Below are positions 53,957 to 62,255 of a stretch of DNA of 64,000 nt, piece by piece (positions within the stretch are counted from its first letter, which is position 1; each line of letters opens with the position of its first letter). The notes under the pieces were generated by a model. It was not told the origin of the DNA. It worked only from the letters and a program-made list of their open reading frames with translations, and did not search any database. Origin of the DNA: Candidatus Limnocylindria bacterium (GTDB lineage: Bacteria; Chloroflexota; Limnocylindria; QHBO01). Location of the stretch: positions 1,553 to 65,552 of the forward strand of contig DATAJO010000013.1 in assembly GCA_036262075.1 (NCBI GenBank), given 5' to 3'. The position numbers and the translations under genes are program-made.

Positions 53957-54540
53957 GATATATCGGTCGTTTGACGCCTGAGGGTGGGCTTTGGGCGACA
54001 CCTGTTCGATTTATCGGCGTGGGGAGCGCCTGAACAGGTCCGATGCCGCCTCTCTGGCCACGCACCAGCCGATATATCGCATGGGCGTAGCCCAGCAGGT
54101 CCCGTCCGGCGACAAACCCGCGATTTATCGGCGGCGGGCGGACAGATCGCTCGTGGGCCGATATATCGGTCGTTTGACGCCCGAGGGTGGTCCCTGGGCT
54201 ACACCTGTTCGATATTTCGGCGTGGGGAGCGCCTGAACACGTCCGATGCCCCCTCTCGGGCCACGCACCAGCCGATATATCGCATGGGCGTAGCCCTGCA
54301 GATCGCGTCCGGCGACAAACCCGCGATTTATCGGCGGCGGGCGGACAGATCGCTCGTGGGCCGATATATCGGTCGTTTGACGCCTGAGGGTGGGCTTTGG
54401 GCGACACCTGTTCGATATGTCGGCGTAGGGAGCGCCTGAACACGTCCGATGCCGCCTCTCGGGCCACGCACCGGCCGATATATCGCCTGGGCGTAGCCCA
54501 GCAGATCCCGTCCGGCGACAAACCCGCGATTTATCGGCGG
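53957..54540. repeat. ~202-bp tandem repeat, about 3 copies, each carrying four AT-rich palindromic boxes (CGATATATCG / CGATTTATCG)
   Basis: Unit starts are at 53957, 54159 and 54363. The units are about 95% identical, and each is composed of two ~100 bp half-units of the form box-41nt-box. The array decays into a (CGG)n tract at 54535-54597. Confidence 0.9.
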
Positions 54541-54623
54541 CGGCGGCGGCCCCGGCGGCGGCGGGCGGGCGGCGGGCGGCGGCGGCGCCGGTGGGGCTAG
54601 GGTCGGCGAAACGGGGAGGGGGA

Positions 54624-54652
54624 TTCCGAACGGGTGTTCGAATCGGTATACT
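54624..54652 (+). promoter_or_regulatory. candidate rnpB promoter (TTCCGA-17bp-TATACT)
   Basis: -10 TATACT at 54647-54652 with a -35-like TTCCGA 17 bp upstream; the predicted transcription start falls at the start of RNase P RNA helix P1. Confidence 0.45.
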
Positions 54653-54663
54653 GTTGGAGACCC

Positions 54664-55003
54664 TGGAGGCGGCCGGACGGCCGCGGGCGCATCGGCCGAA
54701 AGGCCGCGTCCGAGGAAAGTCCGAGCTCCACACAGCAGGCTAGCGGGTAACACCCGTCCACCGTGAGGTGAGGACCAGCGCCACAGTGACGATGCCGGCT
54801 CCCCGGCCGATGAGGTCGGGCCGAGCCGGAGTGAAACGCGGCAAGCTCTAGCCGGAGCAAGACCGAATAGGGGAGCGCAAGGCGGCTTCGGCCGCAGCAG
54901 GCTGCTTGCTCAGCTCCCGGGTAGGTCGCAGAGATGGATGGCCGTCCGTGAGCCCGATGCGTGCATCGGCTCACGACAGAACTCGGCTTACAGGCCGCCT
55001 CTG
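54664..55003 (+). ncRNA. rnpB: RNase P RNA, bacterial type A
   Basis: Conserved GGAAAGUCCGAGCUCCACACAGCAGG (P4 region), AGUGAAACGCGGCAAG, CCGAAUAGGGG, GGGUAGGUCGC...AGAUGGAUGGCCGUCC and ACGACAGAACUCGGCUUACAG. The P1 helix closes GGAGGCGGCC with GGCCGCCUC. Confidence 0.9.
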
Positions 55004-55078
55004 GGGACACCGCCCGCGCCGACGTACCGAGTCGCGCGATCGGGGCGGTGATCGCACATCACGCGGATGAGCTGACCG

Positions 55079-55315
55079 CTAATCCTCGTCCTCGCGCCAC
55101 ACCGAGCGCGCGGTGCACGCGTTGCAGATGAGGCGTGCCTCGTCCATCGAGCCGAGGGGGAGCGGGTGGTCGAGCCCACCGAGCAGGCAGGTCACCTCGA
55201 CGCTGGGCGGTGTGCCCGGGACGATGCTCACGTGGCGCACCGAGCAGCGGCGGATGCGACCGGTCCGTCCTGCCGGTCGGCCGTCCTCGACCGTGTCAAT
55301 CGGGTTGAGCGCCAT
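55079..55315 (-). CDS. small Cys-containing hypothetical protein
   Basis: 78 aa ORF antisense to nothing else; four Cys residues (C..., CLLG, CNAC) suggest a zinc ribbon. Weak call. Confidence 0.25.
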   Translation of the reverse strand: MALNPIDTVEDGRPAGRTGRIRRCSVRHVSIVPGTPPSVEVTCLLGGLDHPLPLGSMDEARLICNACTARSVWREDED

Positions 55316-55509
55316 GCCTGAGCCTGCCTTGGTACGCGATGCCGCTCGTCAGCGGCCGACCCAGACTACGGTCCTGCGCATCGGCGCAACAATGGCGCGT
55401 TCGTACCACGCTCCACGGCTGACGGGCGCATCGCCGTGCGGCGGGCGAGCACGTTAGACTCACGCCGTCGCGGGGCCCCGCGACTGCTCCGCGCTGCACA
55501 GGAGAGGTT

Positions 55510-56481
55510 GTGTTCGGACGCCGGAAACGGGAGGAGGAGGCCGCCGCGGAGGCGGCGCGTGAGGCAGAACGCCGCGCCCTCTTCGCGAAGCTCGCCGAGC
55601 GACCCGAGCACATCTGCCCGTTCCTCGGCCTCGAGGGTGACCGGACCGGCTACGTCGACGGGGTCAGCGAGGACCATCGCTGCTTCGCCTTCGGCGACCC
55701 GGCGCCGCTGTCCGCCGAGCAGCAGACCCGGGTCTGCCAGGAGCGCGGCTACGGCAACTGCCCGCGCTACCTGCGCGGTGTACTCGTCATCCCGACCGAG
55801 GAGCTCGAGGCGCTCCGCCGTCCGCGGCCGATGGCCGAGGAGGCCCCGCCACCGCCACCGCCGGCTCCCGCGCAGCGACGTCGGCGTGGCGCCCCGATCC
55901 TCGTCGCCCTGCTCCTCCTGCTCCTCGTCGCCGGCGGCGTCGGAGCCTGGGCGCTCATGGGCGGTCTCGCGCCGGTCGCCAACGCGTCCCCCACGCCGGA
56001 GCCGAGCCTGGCGCCGTCCGTGGCCGCTTCCGAGAGCCCATCGGTCGTTCCGAGCGCCCCCGCCAGCGCCGAGCCGTCGCTCGAGCCGAGCCCATCGGCC
56101 GCCACCAGCGGACCGGCCTCGCCGACCCCCGAGCCGACCCCCACCCTCGGCGACAGGTTCGCCTTCTACGAGGTGTCGGTCGCGCCCGGCCAGTACGTCG
56201 TCTTCAGCTTCGACGGGTCCGGCAACGTCGACGACACCCGGGAGCCGTCGTTCGAGGGGTTCTCGTTCGCCCGGGTCGAGCCCATCGAGGGCGCCGACGG
56301 CGAGGTGTACTGGGTGACCCAGGAGGGCGGCCTGAGCGGCTGGGCGTATCGCTATCCCGACTCGGGCGACTTCCGGATCCGCGCCGTCTTCCGCTCGACG
56401 TCGGGCGAGCGGCGCTCGCAGTACCTCGAGCAGGACGAGCTGACGGTCCTTCCCACCGCCACGCCGGCGCCCGCGCCCTAA
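55510..56481 (+). CDS. membrane protein with N-terminal cytoplasmic Cys-rich domain and Pro/Ser-rich extracytoplasmic linker (hypothetical)
   Basis: Six conserved-looking Cys residues (HICPFLG...HRCFAFG...CQERGYGNCPRYL), one TM helix (ILVALLLLLLVAGGVGAWALM), a PSEP-rich linker, and a ~120 aa C-terminal domain. Confidence 0.5.
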   Translation: MFGRRKREEEAAAEAAREAERRALFAKLAERPEHICPFLGLEGDRTGYVDGVSEDHRCFAFGDPAPLSAEQQTRVCQERGYGNCPRYLRGVLVIPTEELEALRRPRPMAEEAPPPPPPAPAQRRRRGAPILVALLLLLLVAGGVGAWALMGGLAPVANASPTPEPSLAPSVAASESPSVVPSAPASAEPSLEPSPSAATSGPASPTPEPTPTLGDRFAFYEVSVAPGQYVVFSFDGSGNVDDTREPSFEGFSFARVEPIEGADGEVYWVTQEGGLSGWAYRYPDSGDFRIRAVFRSTSGERRSQYLEQDELTVLPTATPAPAP

Positions 56482-56565
56482 CCCCCCCCTCCGCCGGCGC
56501 CCGCACCCCAACCGCCCCCTCCGCCGGCGGCCGCGCCCCAACCGCCCCCTCCGCCGCCCCCCAAA
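56480..56565. repeat. ~30-bp GC-rich direct repeat x3 (CCAACCGCCCCCTCCGCCGGCG...)
   Basis: Three imperfect copies that start at the 3' end of the preceding CDS and extend into the intergenic region. Confidence 0.6.
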
Positions 56566-56708
56566 GGCCGCCCGCTCGGGTGGCGGCCCACGACCCCGTC
56601 TTCATCGGCCCCGCTGCGCCTGCGCGTGGGGATGAGCCGATGCGTCCGCCCGCCGCGTACCAGGACCATCGGATGCGCGCCCGCCCATCCCGACCTGCGG
56701 AAAAAGCC

Positions 56709-56736
56709 TTGACGGGTGACGCCTGCCCTGTATAGT
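56709..56736 (+). promoter_or_regulatory. Pmra-like promoter TTGACG-16bp-TATAGT upstream of mraZ
   Basis: Near-consensus -35 and -10 hexamers seen directly in the sequence, 58 nt upstream of the mraZ start. Confidence 0.55.
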
Positions 56737-56743
56737 GGCGCCC

Positions 56744-56780
56744 TGTGGTTCCAAATGGGGCCATGTGGGGAGAAGTGGTG
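56744..56780 (+). promoter_or_regulatory. candidate MraZ operator: four GTGG(G) direct repeats with 10-nt periodicity
   Basis: TGTGG at 56744, TGGGG at 56756, TGTGGGG at 56764 and GTGGTG at 56775, between the promoter and the mraZ ATG. This is the known arrangement of MraZ-binding repeats. Confidence 0.45.
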
Positions 56781-56793
56781 AACGACAGGGACA

Positions 56794-57243
56794 ATGGAGC
56801 GGGCGTCCTTCCTCACCGGGGAGTTCCGGCACGCGCTGGACGACCGAGGCCGCGTGGCGGTCCCGGTCCGCTTCCGCGCACGGCTGGCCCAGGGAGCGAC
56901 GCTGGCTCGCTGGCTCGACGGGTGCGTGGCGATCTTTCCCGCCGACACCTGGGACGAGCTGGCGGCGCGGATCCAGTCCCTGCCGACGACGAACGCGGCC
57001 GCGCGACAGTTCGGCCGCTTCATGAGCTCGGGGGCGGTCGAGGTGGAGCTCGACCGGCAGGGGCGCGTCCTCGTCCCGAGCTACCTGCGCGAGTACGCCG
57101 ACCTGACTGCTGGCGAGGCGGTCGTGGTCGGCGCGCTGAACCGGCTCGAGATCTGGTCGCCGGCACGGTGGCAACCGTACCGGTCGCAGATCGAGGAGCA
57201 GCCGGAGGCGCTCGCCGAGCACCTCGCCGACCTGGGCATCTGA
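56794..57243 (+). CDS. mraZ: division/cell-wall cluster transcriptional regulator MraZ
   Basis: Duplicated SpoVT/AbrB-like halves: TGEFRHALDDRGRVAVP and VEVELDRQGRVLVPSYLRE. Confidence 0.85.
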   Translation: MERASFLTGEFRHALDDRGRVAVPVRFRARLAQGATLARWLDGCVAIFPADTWDELAARIQSLPTTNAAARQFGRFMSSGAVEVELDRQGRVLVPSYLREYADLTAGEAVVVGALNRLEIWSPARWQPYRSQIEEQPEALAEHLADLGI

Positions 57244-57301
57244 CGGTGCCCGGGCCATTCATGCGCTTCCGGGCCGATCGGCCCGCCGCCGACAACGAAA
57301 G

Positions 57302-58294
57302 GTGCAGCGTCACATGGGAGAAGGGCACCTGCCGGTCCTGGTCGACGAGGTCATTGCCTTGCTGGCCATCGGTCCTGGCAGCTCCGTGGCGGATTGCACG
57401 GTCGGCGGCGGTGGGCACGCCGAGCGGATCCTGGAAGCCACGTCTCCGGATGGTCGCCTGCTCGGCATCGACGCCGATCAGGCGGCCATCTCGGAGGCAG
57501 CACGCCGGCTCGCGCGCTTCGGCGACCGGGTCGTCCTGCGCCAGGCGAACTTCGAGTCGATCTACGACGTGGCGATCGAGTCCGGCCTGGCGCCCCTCGA
57601 CGCAGCCCTCTTCGACCTCGGCCTCAGCAGCTACCAGCTGGCCGATCCATCCCGTGGCTTCAGCTTCGCGGCCGATGCGCCGCCGGACATGAGATTCGAT
57701 GAAACGAGTGGTATTTCGGCCGTCGAGCTCATCGAGCGCTCATCGGAGCGAGAGCTCGCCGGAATCCTCGCGACGTTTGGTGAAGAACGCCGTGCTGGCC
57801 GCATCGCGAAGGCGATCGTGGCGGCGCGTGAGGAGGGTCGGCGCATGACGTCGGCCGAGCTCGCCGCGCTCGTCGCATCGGTCGCGCCGTCGCGCCCGGG
57901 CGGCGCCGATGCCGGCCGCATCCATCCGGCCACGCGCACGTTCCAGGCGCTTCGCATCGCCGTCAACCGCGAGGTCGAGGTGCTCTCGGCCGGGCTGGCC
58001 GGCGCGCTCGCCGCGCTGCGCCCCGGCGGCCGCCTCGCCGTCATCAGCTACCACAGCCTCGAGGACCGGATCGTCAAGCGGTTCATCGCCCGCGAGAGCC
58101 GGGACTGCATCGAGGATCCCATGCCGCCGGTGTGCACCTGCGGCCACCGCGCTCAGCTGCGCGCGGTCACGAAGGGCGTCATCACCCCGGGCCCCGACGA
58201 GGTCCGGCGGAACCGCCGGGCGCGCAGCGCGAAGCTGCGCGTCGCCCAGAAGCTCGCCCAGGTTCGGACACCCACGGAGGAGGGTCAGGCATGA
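57302..58294 (+). CDS. rsmH: 16S rRNA (cytosine1402-N4)-methyltransferase RsmH (MraW)
   Basis: HLPVLVDEV...DCTVGGGGHAERIL...SYHSLEDRIVKRF motifs; the start could instead be the ATG at 57314. Confidence 0.9.
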   Translation: MQRHMGEGHLPVLVDEVIALLAIGPGSSVADCTVGGGGHAERILEATSPDGRLLGIDADQAAISEAARRLARFGDRVVLRQANFESIYDVAIESGLAPLDAALFDLGLSSYQLADPSRGFSFAADAPPDMRFDETSGISAVELIERSSERELAGILATFGEERRAGRIAKAIVAAREEGRRMTSAELAALVASVAPSRPGGADAGRIHPATRTFQALRIAVNREVEVLSAGLAGALAALRPGGRLAVISYHSLEDRIVKRFIARESRDCIEDPMPPVCTCGHRAQLRAVTKGVITPGPDEVRRNRRARSAKLRVAQKLAQVRTPTEEGQA

Positions 58295-58503
58295 GCAAGG
58301 GTCGATCCCGCCACCAGGCCAGCCGGCGCCGGATGTACTCCGCGCGCCAGCGTGAGCTGCGCGAGCGCCGCACGCGCGCCGTGCGCGACGACGCGTACTG
58401 GCAGAGCGATCAGGTGGCCGCGTTCGAGATCGAGGAGAGCCTCGACTTCGAGTCGCCGGCAAGCCTCGGCGCGTCGCTGCGCCGCCGGGCGACGGCGGCC
58501 TAG
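58291..58503 (+). CDS. small Arg-rich hypothetical protein between rsmH and ftsL
   Basis: 70 aa ORF; the ATG overlaps the rsmH stop and a GGAGG lies upstream. Basic N-terminus and acidic C-terminus. Weak call. Confidence 0.3.
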   Translation: MSKGRSRHQASRRRMYSARQRELRERRTRAVRDDAYWQSDQVAAFEIEESLDFESPASLGASLRRRATAA

Positions 58504-58539
58504 GCGCCCGGGACTCGAGCGAGCGAGGCGCAGGACACG

Positions 58540-58959
58540 ATGGCCATCATCGGCGCGAGACCGGCGACCGGGCCGTGGTTCCTGCCCGGCCGCGCCCGCC
58601 CGCGCCCGCGTCCGCGGCGACGGCCGCAGACCGCGTCCGGCGCGCGCCGCGGCGGTGTGCGCCGCATCGCGCGGCGGATCGAGGTGCGTCCGTACCTCGT
58701 GGCCATCGTCATGGCGGCCGCGCTCGCGTTCTTCTACCTCTCGCAGTCGACGGGGGTGGCCGCCCGAGGCTACGAGATCGACGCGCTCGAGGCGCGGCTC
58801 GCCGAGGCGCGCGCCGAGCAGCAGCAGCTCATGTGGTCCATCGGCGAGGCGCGCTCGCCGGCGGAGATCACGAAGCGCGCCCGGAACGACCTCGACCTGG
58901 TGCCCTTGCCGGCCGAGGCGATCACGTACGCGCCACGCCAGGACGAACCAGCCGATTGA
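58540..58959 (+). CDS. ftsL: cell division protein FtsL-like (septum formation initiator family)
   Basis: Arg-rich cytoplasmic tail, one TM helix (YLVAIVMAAALAFFYL), a coiled-coil (EIDALEARLAEARAEQQQL), and the correct position in the dcw cluster. Confidence 0.6.
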   Translation: MAIIGARPATGPWFLPGRARPRPRPRRRPQTASGARRGGVRRIARRIEVRPYLVAIVMAAALAFFYLSQSTGVAARGYEIDALEARLAEARAEQQQLMWSIGEARSPAEITKRARNDLDLVPLPAEAITYAPRQDEPAD

Positions 58960-59007
58960 CCCAGCACCCCGCGGCCTGAGGAGGCCGTCCGTAGGAGTCG
59001 AAACCAC

Positions 59008-60798
59008 ATGCTCGCAAGGACCGACAGCCGTGCCCGCGCCCTGGTCCTCCTGATCCTCGTCGCATTCGCGGCGACGGCGATCGGTGCCCGGTTGGTGTGG
59101 TGGCAGGTCGTCCAGCAGCCGTGGCTCGCCGAGATGGCCCTCCACCAGCTCGCGCAGAACGAGGAGCTGCCCGCCGAGCGTGGCGAGATCCACGACGTGA
59201 ACGGCGAGCTGCTCGCAACGTCGGTCGAGCTGCAGTCGGTGTTCGCGACGCCGCCCCTCATCGAGGAACCCGCCGAGACCGCGCGCCTCCTGGCGCCGGT
59301 CCTCGACATGCCGGTCGCCGAGCTGCGCGATCGGCTCGACAGCGACGTGGCCTGGGCCTGGATCAAGCGGCGCGTCTCGAACGACGCGGCCGAGCGCATC
59401 CGCGCCCTCGACCTGCGCGGCATCGGCATGCTGCCCGAGACGAAGCGGGTGTACCCGATCACCGGCGTGGCCGACGGCACGACCATGGCCGCCCAGCTCA
59501 TCGGCTTCGTCGATCTCACCGGGACCGGCCGGTACGGCGTCGAGCAGCGCGAGGACGCGCTGCTGGCGGGCCGGCCGGGCGCCGTGTCGGCGCAGGAGGA
59601 CGTCATCGGCCGGCAGATCGCCGACTCGGCGTCGGTCATCCGCGAGCCGGTCGACGGCGCCGACCTGCGGCTGACGATCGACGCCGGCATCCAGCATCTC
59701 CTCGAGCAGGAGATGTGGCAGACGTTCCGCAAGAACAACGCGGTCGGCGTGACCGGCCTCATCCTCAACGCCGAGACCGGGGCGGTCCTGGCCATGGCGA
59801 GCTACCCGTCGTACGACGCGAACCAGTTCGCGACGACCGATGGCGAGCTGTTCGCCAACCCGGCCGTCGCCCGCCAGTACGAGCCCGGATCGGTGATGAA
59901 GGCGTTCACCATCGCCGCGGCGCTCGACGCGGGCGCGTTCACGACCACCGACACCGTGGTCGACGACAACAACCTCCAGCTCCGCGGCGCGCGGATCCAG
60001 AACGCCGACCGCTACACCTGGCCGTCCGGCCACGGCGAGATCACCGCCGCCGACGTCCTTGCGCTGTCGAACAACGTCGGCGCCGCGAAGATCGGCCTCG
60101 AGCTCGGCTCGACCGAGCTGCACCAGGCCTTCCTGCGCTACGGGTTCGGCAGCCCGACCGGCATCGAGCTCGCCGCCGAGGCCTCGGGCGTCGTCTGGGA
60201 CCCGAACGGGCCGAACGCCTCGGGCGAGCTGACCGCCGCGCAGAACGCGTTCGGGCAGGGCCTGAGCGTCACCGCCGTCCAGCTCGCCGCGGGCTACGCC
60301 GCGTTCGCGAACGGCGGCCTCCTCGTCCAGCCGCACGTCATCGCCGGCTGGACCGATCCGGACGGCACCGAGCACGCCGCCGAGCATCCGCCCGCGGAGC
60401 GGATCATGCAGCCCGAGACCGCCGAGACGATGATCGACCTCCTGACCAACGCGATCGACGACGGCATCGCCAGCGGCGCGTCGATCCCGGGCTACACCGT
60501 GGCGGGCAAGACGGGCACGGCGCAGATCGCCGGGCCGGTGCAGGTCACGAACGCCGACGGCGAGACGGTCGAGCAGTGGCGCTATATCGACGGCTGGGTC
60601 GACTCGAGCTTCATCGGCATCCAGCCCGAGGGCGACACGAAGCTCGTGACCCTCATCCTCCTCCACCGGCCGGCGGTGTGGGGCCGCTACCAGATGGCCG
60701 AGCGACCGGAGACGGTCTACGCGCGTCTCATGCCGCAGGTGCTGTCCTACCTCGCCATCCCGCCGGATCGGCCAGGGGAGCCGGTCGCCCGACCATGA
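59008..60798 (+). CDS. ftsI: peptidoglycan D,D-transpeptidase FtsI / class B penicillin-binding protein
   Basis: PBP dimerisation domain plus a transpeptidase domain with SVMK (SxxK), SNN (SxN) and KTGT (KTG) motifs. Confidence 0.9.
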   Translation: MLARTDSRARALVLLILVAFAATAIGARLVWWQVVQQPWLAEMALHQLAQNEELPAERGEIHDVNGELLATSVELQSVFATPPLIEEPAETARLLAPVLDMPVAELRDRLDSDVAWAWIKRRVSNDAAERIRALDLRGIGMLPETKRVYPITGVADGTTMAAQLIGFVDLTGTGRYGVEQREDALLAGRPGAVSAQEDVIGRQIADSASVIREPVDGADLRLTIDAGIQHLLEQEMWQTFRKNNAVGVTGLILNAETGAVLAMASYPSYDANQFATTDGELFANPAVARQYEPGSVMKAFTIAAALDAGAFTTTDTVVDDNNLQLRGARIQNADRYTWPSGHGEITAADVLALSNNVGAAKIGLELGSTELHQAFLRYGFGSPTGIELAAEASGVVWDPNGPNASGELTAAQNAFGQGLSVTAVQLAAGYAAFANGGLLVQPHVIAGWTDPDGTEHAAEHPPAERIMQPETAETMIDLLTNAIDDGIASGASIPGYTVAGKTGTAQIAGPVQVTNADGETVEQWRYIDGWVDSSFIGIQPEGDTKLVTLILLHRPAVWGRYQMAERPETVYARLMPQVLSYLAIPPDRPGEPVARP

Positions 60799-62255
60799 GG
60801 CTGCTAGACTCCGCCGGACCCCGCAGCCTGGTCAGCGTGCCACCGACCATTCGCATCGACGACCTCCTGGCCGTGACCGGAGGACGTCTGCAGGCCACCA
60901 CGAGCGTGACGACGTTCGCCGGGGCATCGGTCGACTCCCGCCGGGTGACTCCCGGCTCCCTCTTCGTCGCCCTCCCCGGTGAGCGGACGGACGGCCATGC
61001 CTTCCTCGCCGATGCCGTCGCGGCCGGCGCCGTCGCCGCCCTCGTCTCGCGGCCCGTCGAGCGGCCGGTCGAGCGGCCCGTCGAGCGGCCCGCCGGCAGC
61101 GACGTGGCCGTCGTCGAGGTGCCCGACACGCTCGTCGCGCTCCAGGAGCTCGCCGCGTGGTGGCGCCGCCGGCACGCCGTCCGGGTCGTCGGCATCACCG
61201 GCTCGACCGGCAAGACGGTGGCGAAGGAGATCGTCGCCGACGTCGTGGCCCGCGCGTTCACCACGCTCCGCAACGAGGGCAACCTGAACTCCGAGACCGG
61301 CCTGCCGATGACCCTGCTGCGCCTCGAGCCCGCGCACGAGGTGGCCGTCCTCGAGATGAGCATGTACACCATCGGGGAGATCGCCCGCCTGGCGGAGATC
61401 GCCGAGCCGGAGATCGGCGTCGTGCTCGCCGTGCACCCGACCCACCTCGAGCGGGCGGGGAGCATCGAGCGCATCGCCCGGGCCAAGGCGGAGCTGCCGA
61501 TGGCGCTGCCGCCGGACGGGCTGGCGGTGCTCAACGCCGACGACCCGCGCGTGGCCGCGATGCGCGACGTCACCGCCGCCGAGGTTCGCACCTTCGGCCT
61601 CTCGCCGGTCGCCGACGTCCGTGCCTCCGACATCGCCTCGCGCGGCCTCGCCGGCACCGAGTTCACGCTCCACGCGCCGTGGGGCGAGCGACGGCTGCGC
61701 AGCGGCACGCCGGGCCGGCATCTCGTCCCGCACGCGCTGGCCGCGACGATCGTCGCGGACCGCCTCGGCGTGCCGTCCGACGAGGTCGCCGCGGCGCTCG
61801 AGCGGGGGAGCCGGGCCCCGCATCGCATGGAGGTCCGCGCCGGCAGCTCGGGCGCGACCGTCGTGGACGACACGTACAACGCCTCGCCGGTCAGCGTGGC
61901 CGCCGCCCTCGCGTTCCTCGGTGAGACGCCGGTCGCGGCCGGCGGGCGCCGGATCGCCGTCCTCGGCGACATGCTCGAGCTCGGCCCGGAGGAGGAAGCA
62001 CTGCACCGCGAGATCGGCGCCACGGCCGCGGGCATGGTCGACGCCCTCGTGGCGGTCGGTCCCCGCGGCCGCTGGATCGCCGACGCGGCGCGCACGGCGG
62101 GGCTCGGGACGGTGCTCGAGGCCGACGACGCCGAGGCGGCGGCCGACGTCCTCGAGCGCGACCTCGCGCCGGGCCGGTCCGACCTCGTGCTCGTCAAGGG
62201 CTCGCGCGGCGTCGAGCTCGATCGCACCGTCGACCGCATCGTGGAGCCGCGCTGA
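60795..62255 (+). CDS. murF: UDP-N-acetylmuramoyl-tripeptide--D-alanyl-D-alanine ligase MurF
   Basis: GITGSTGKTVAKE P-loop, NLNSETGLPMTLL, and the Mur ligase C-domain. Contains a VERP x3 tandem (12-bp repeat at 61057-61092). Confidence 0.85.
   Translation: MRLLDSAGPRSLVSVPPTIRIDDLLAVTGGRLQATTSVTTFAGASVDSRRVTPGSLFVALPGERTDGHAFLADAVAAGAVAALVSRPVERPVERPVERPAGSDVAVVEVPDTLVALQELAAWWRRRHAVRVVGITGSTGKTVAKEIVADVVARAFTTLRNEGNLNSETGLPMTLLRLEPAHEVAVLEMSMYTIGEIARLAEIAEPEIGVVLAVHPTHLERAGSIERIARAKAELPMALPPDGLAVLNADDPRVAAMRDVTAAEVRTFGLSPVADVRASDIASRGLAGTEFTLHAPWGERRLRSGTPGRHLVPHALAATIVADRLGVPSDEVAAALERGSRAPHRMEVRAGSSGATVVDDTYNASPVSVAAALAFLGETPVAAGGRRIAVLGDMLELGPEEEALHREIGATAAGMVDALVAVGPRGRWIADAARTAGLGTVLEADDAEAAADVLERDLAPGRSDLVLVKGSRGVELDRTVDRIVEPR

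Noticed and set aside
53957-54540. Interpreting the repeat array as a CRISPR array
   Set aside because: The repeated boxes are only 10-12 bp and the intervening sequences are themselves repeated between units, so they are not unique spacers. The periodicity (~50 bp within ~202 bp units) and the absence of cas genes do not fit.
53957-54600. Interpreting the repeat array as oriC (DnaA-box cluster)
   Set aside because: The TTATCGGCG boxes match only the first five bases of the DnaA-box consensus TT(A/G)TCCACA. No dnaA/dnaN or AT-rich unwinding element is nearby, and the region lies between rnhA and rnpB.
53984-54753. Short ORFs inside the tandem repeat (e.g. 53991-54236, 54187-54387, 54125-54733)
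   Set aside because: They are created by the repeat itself, giving near-identical peptides in several frames and on both strands. They have no RBS and no coding signal.
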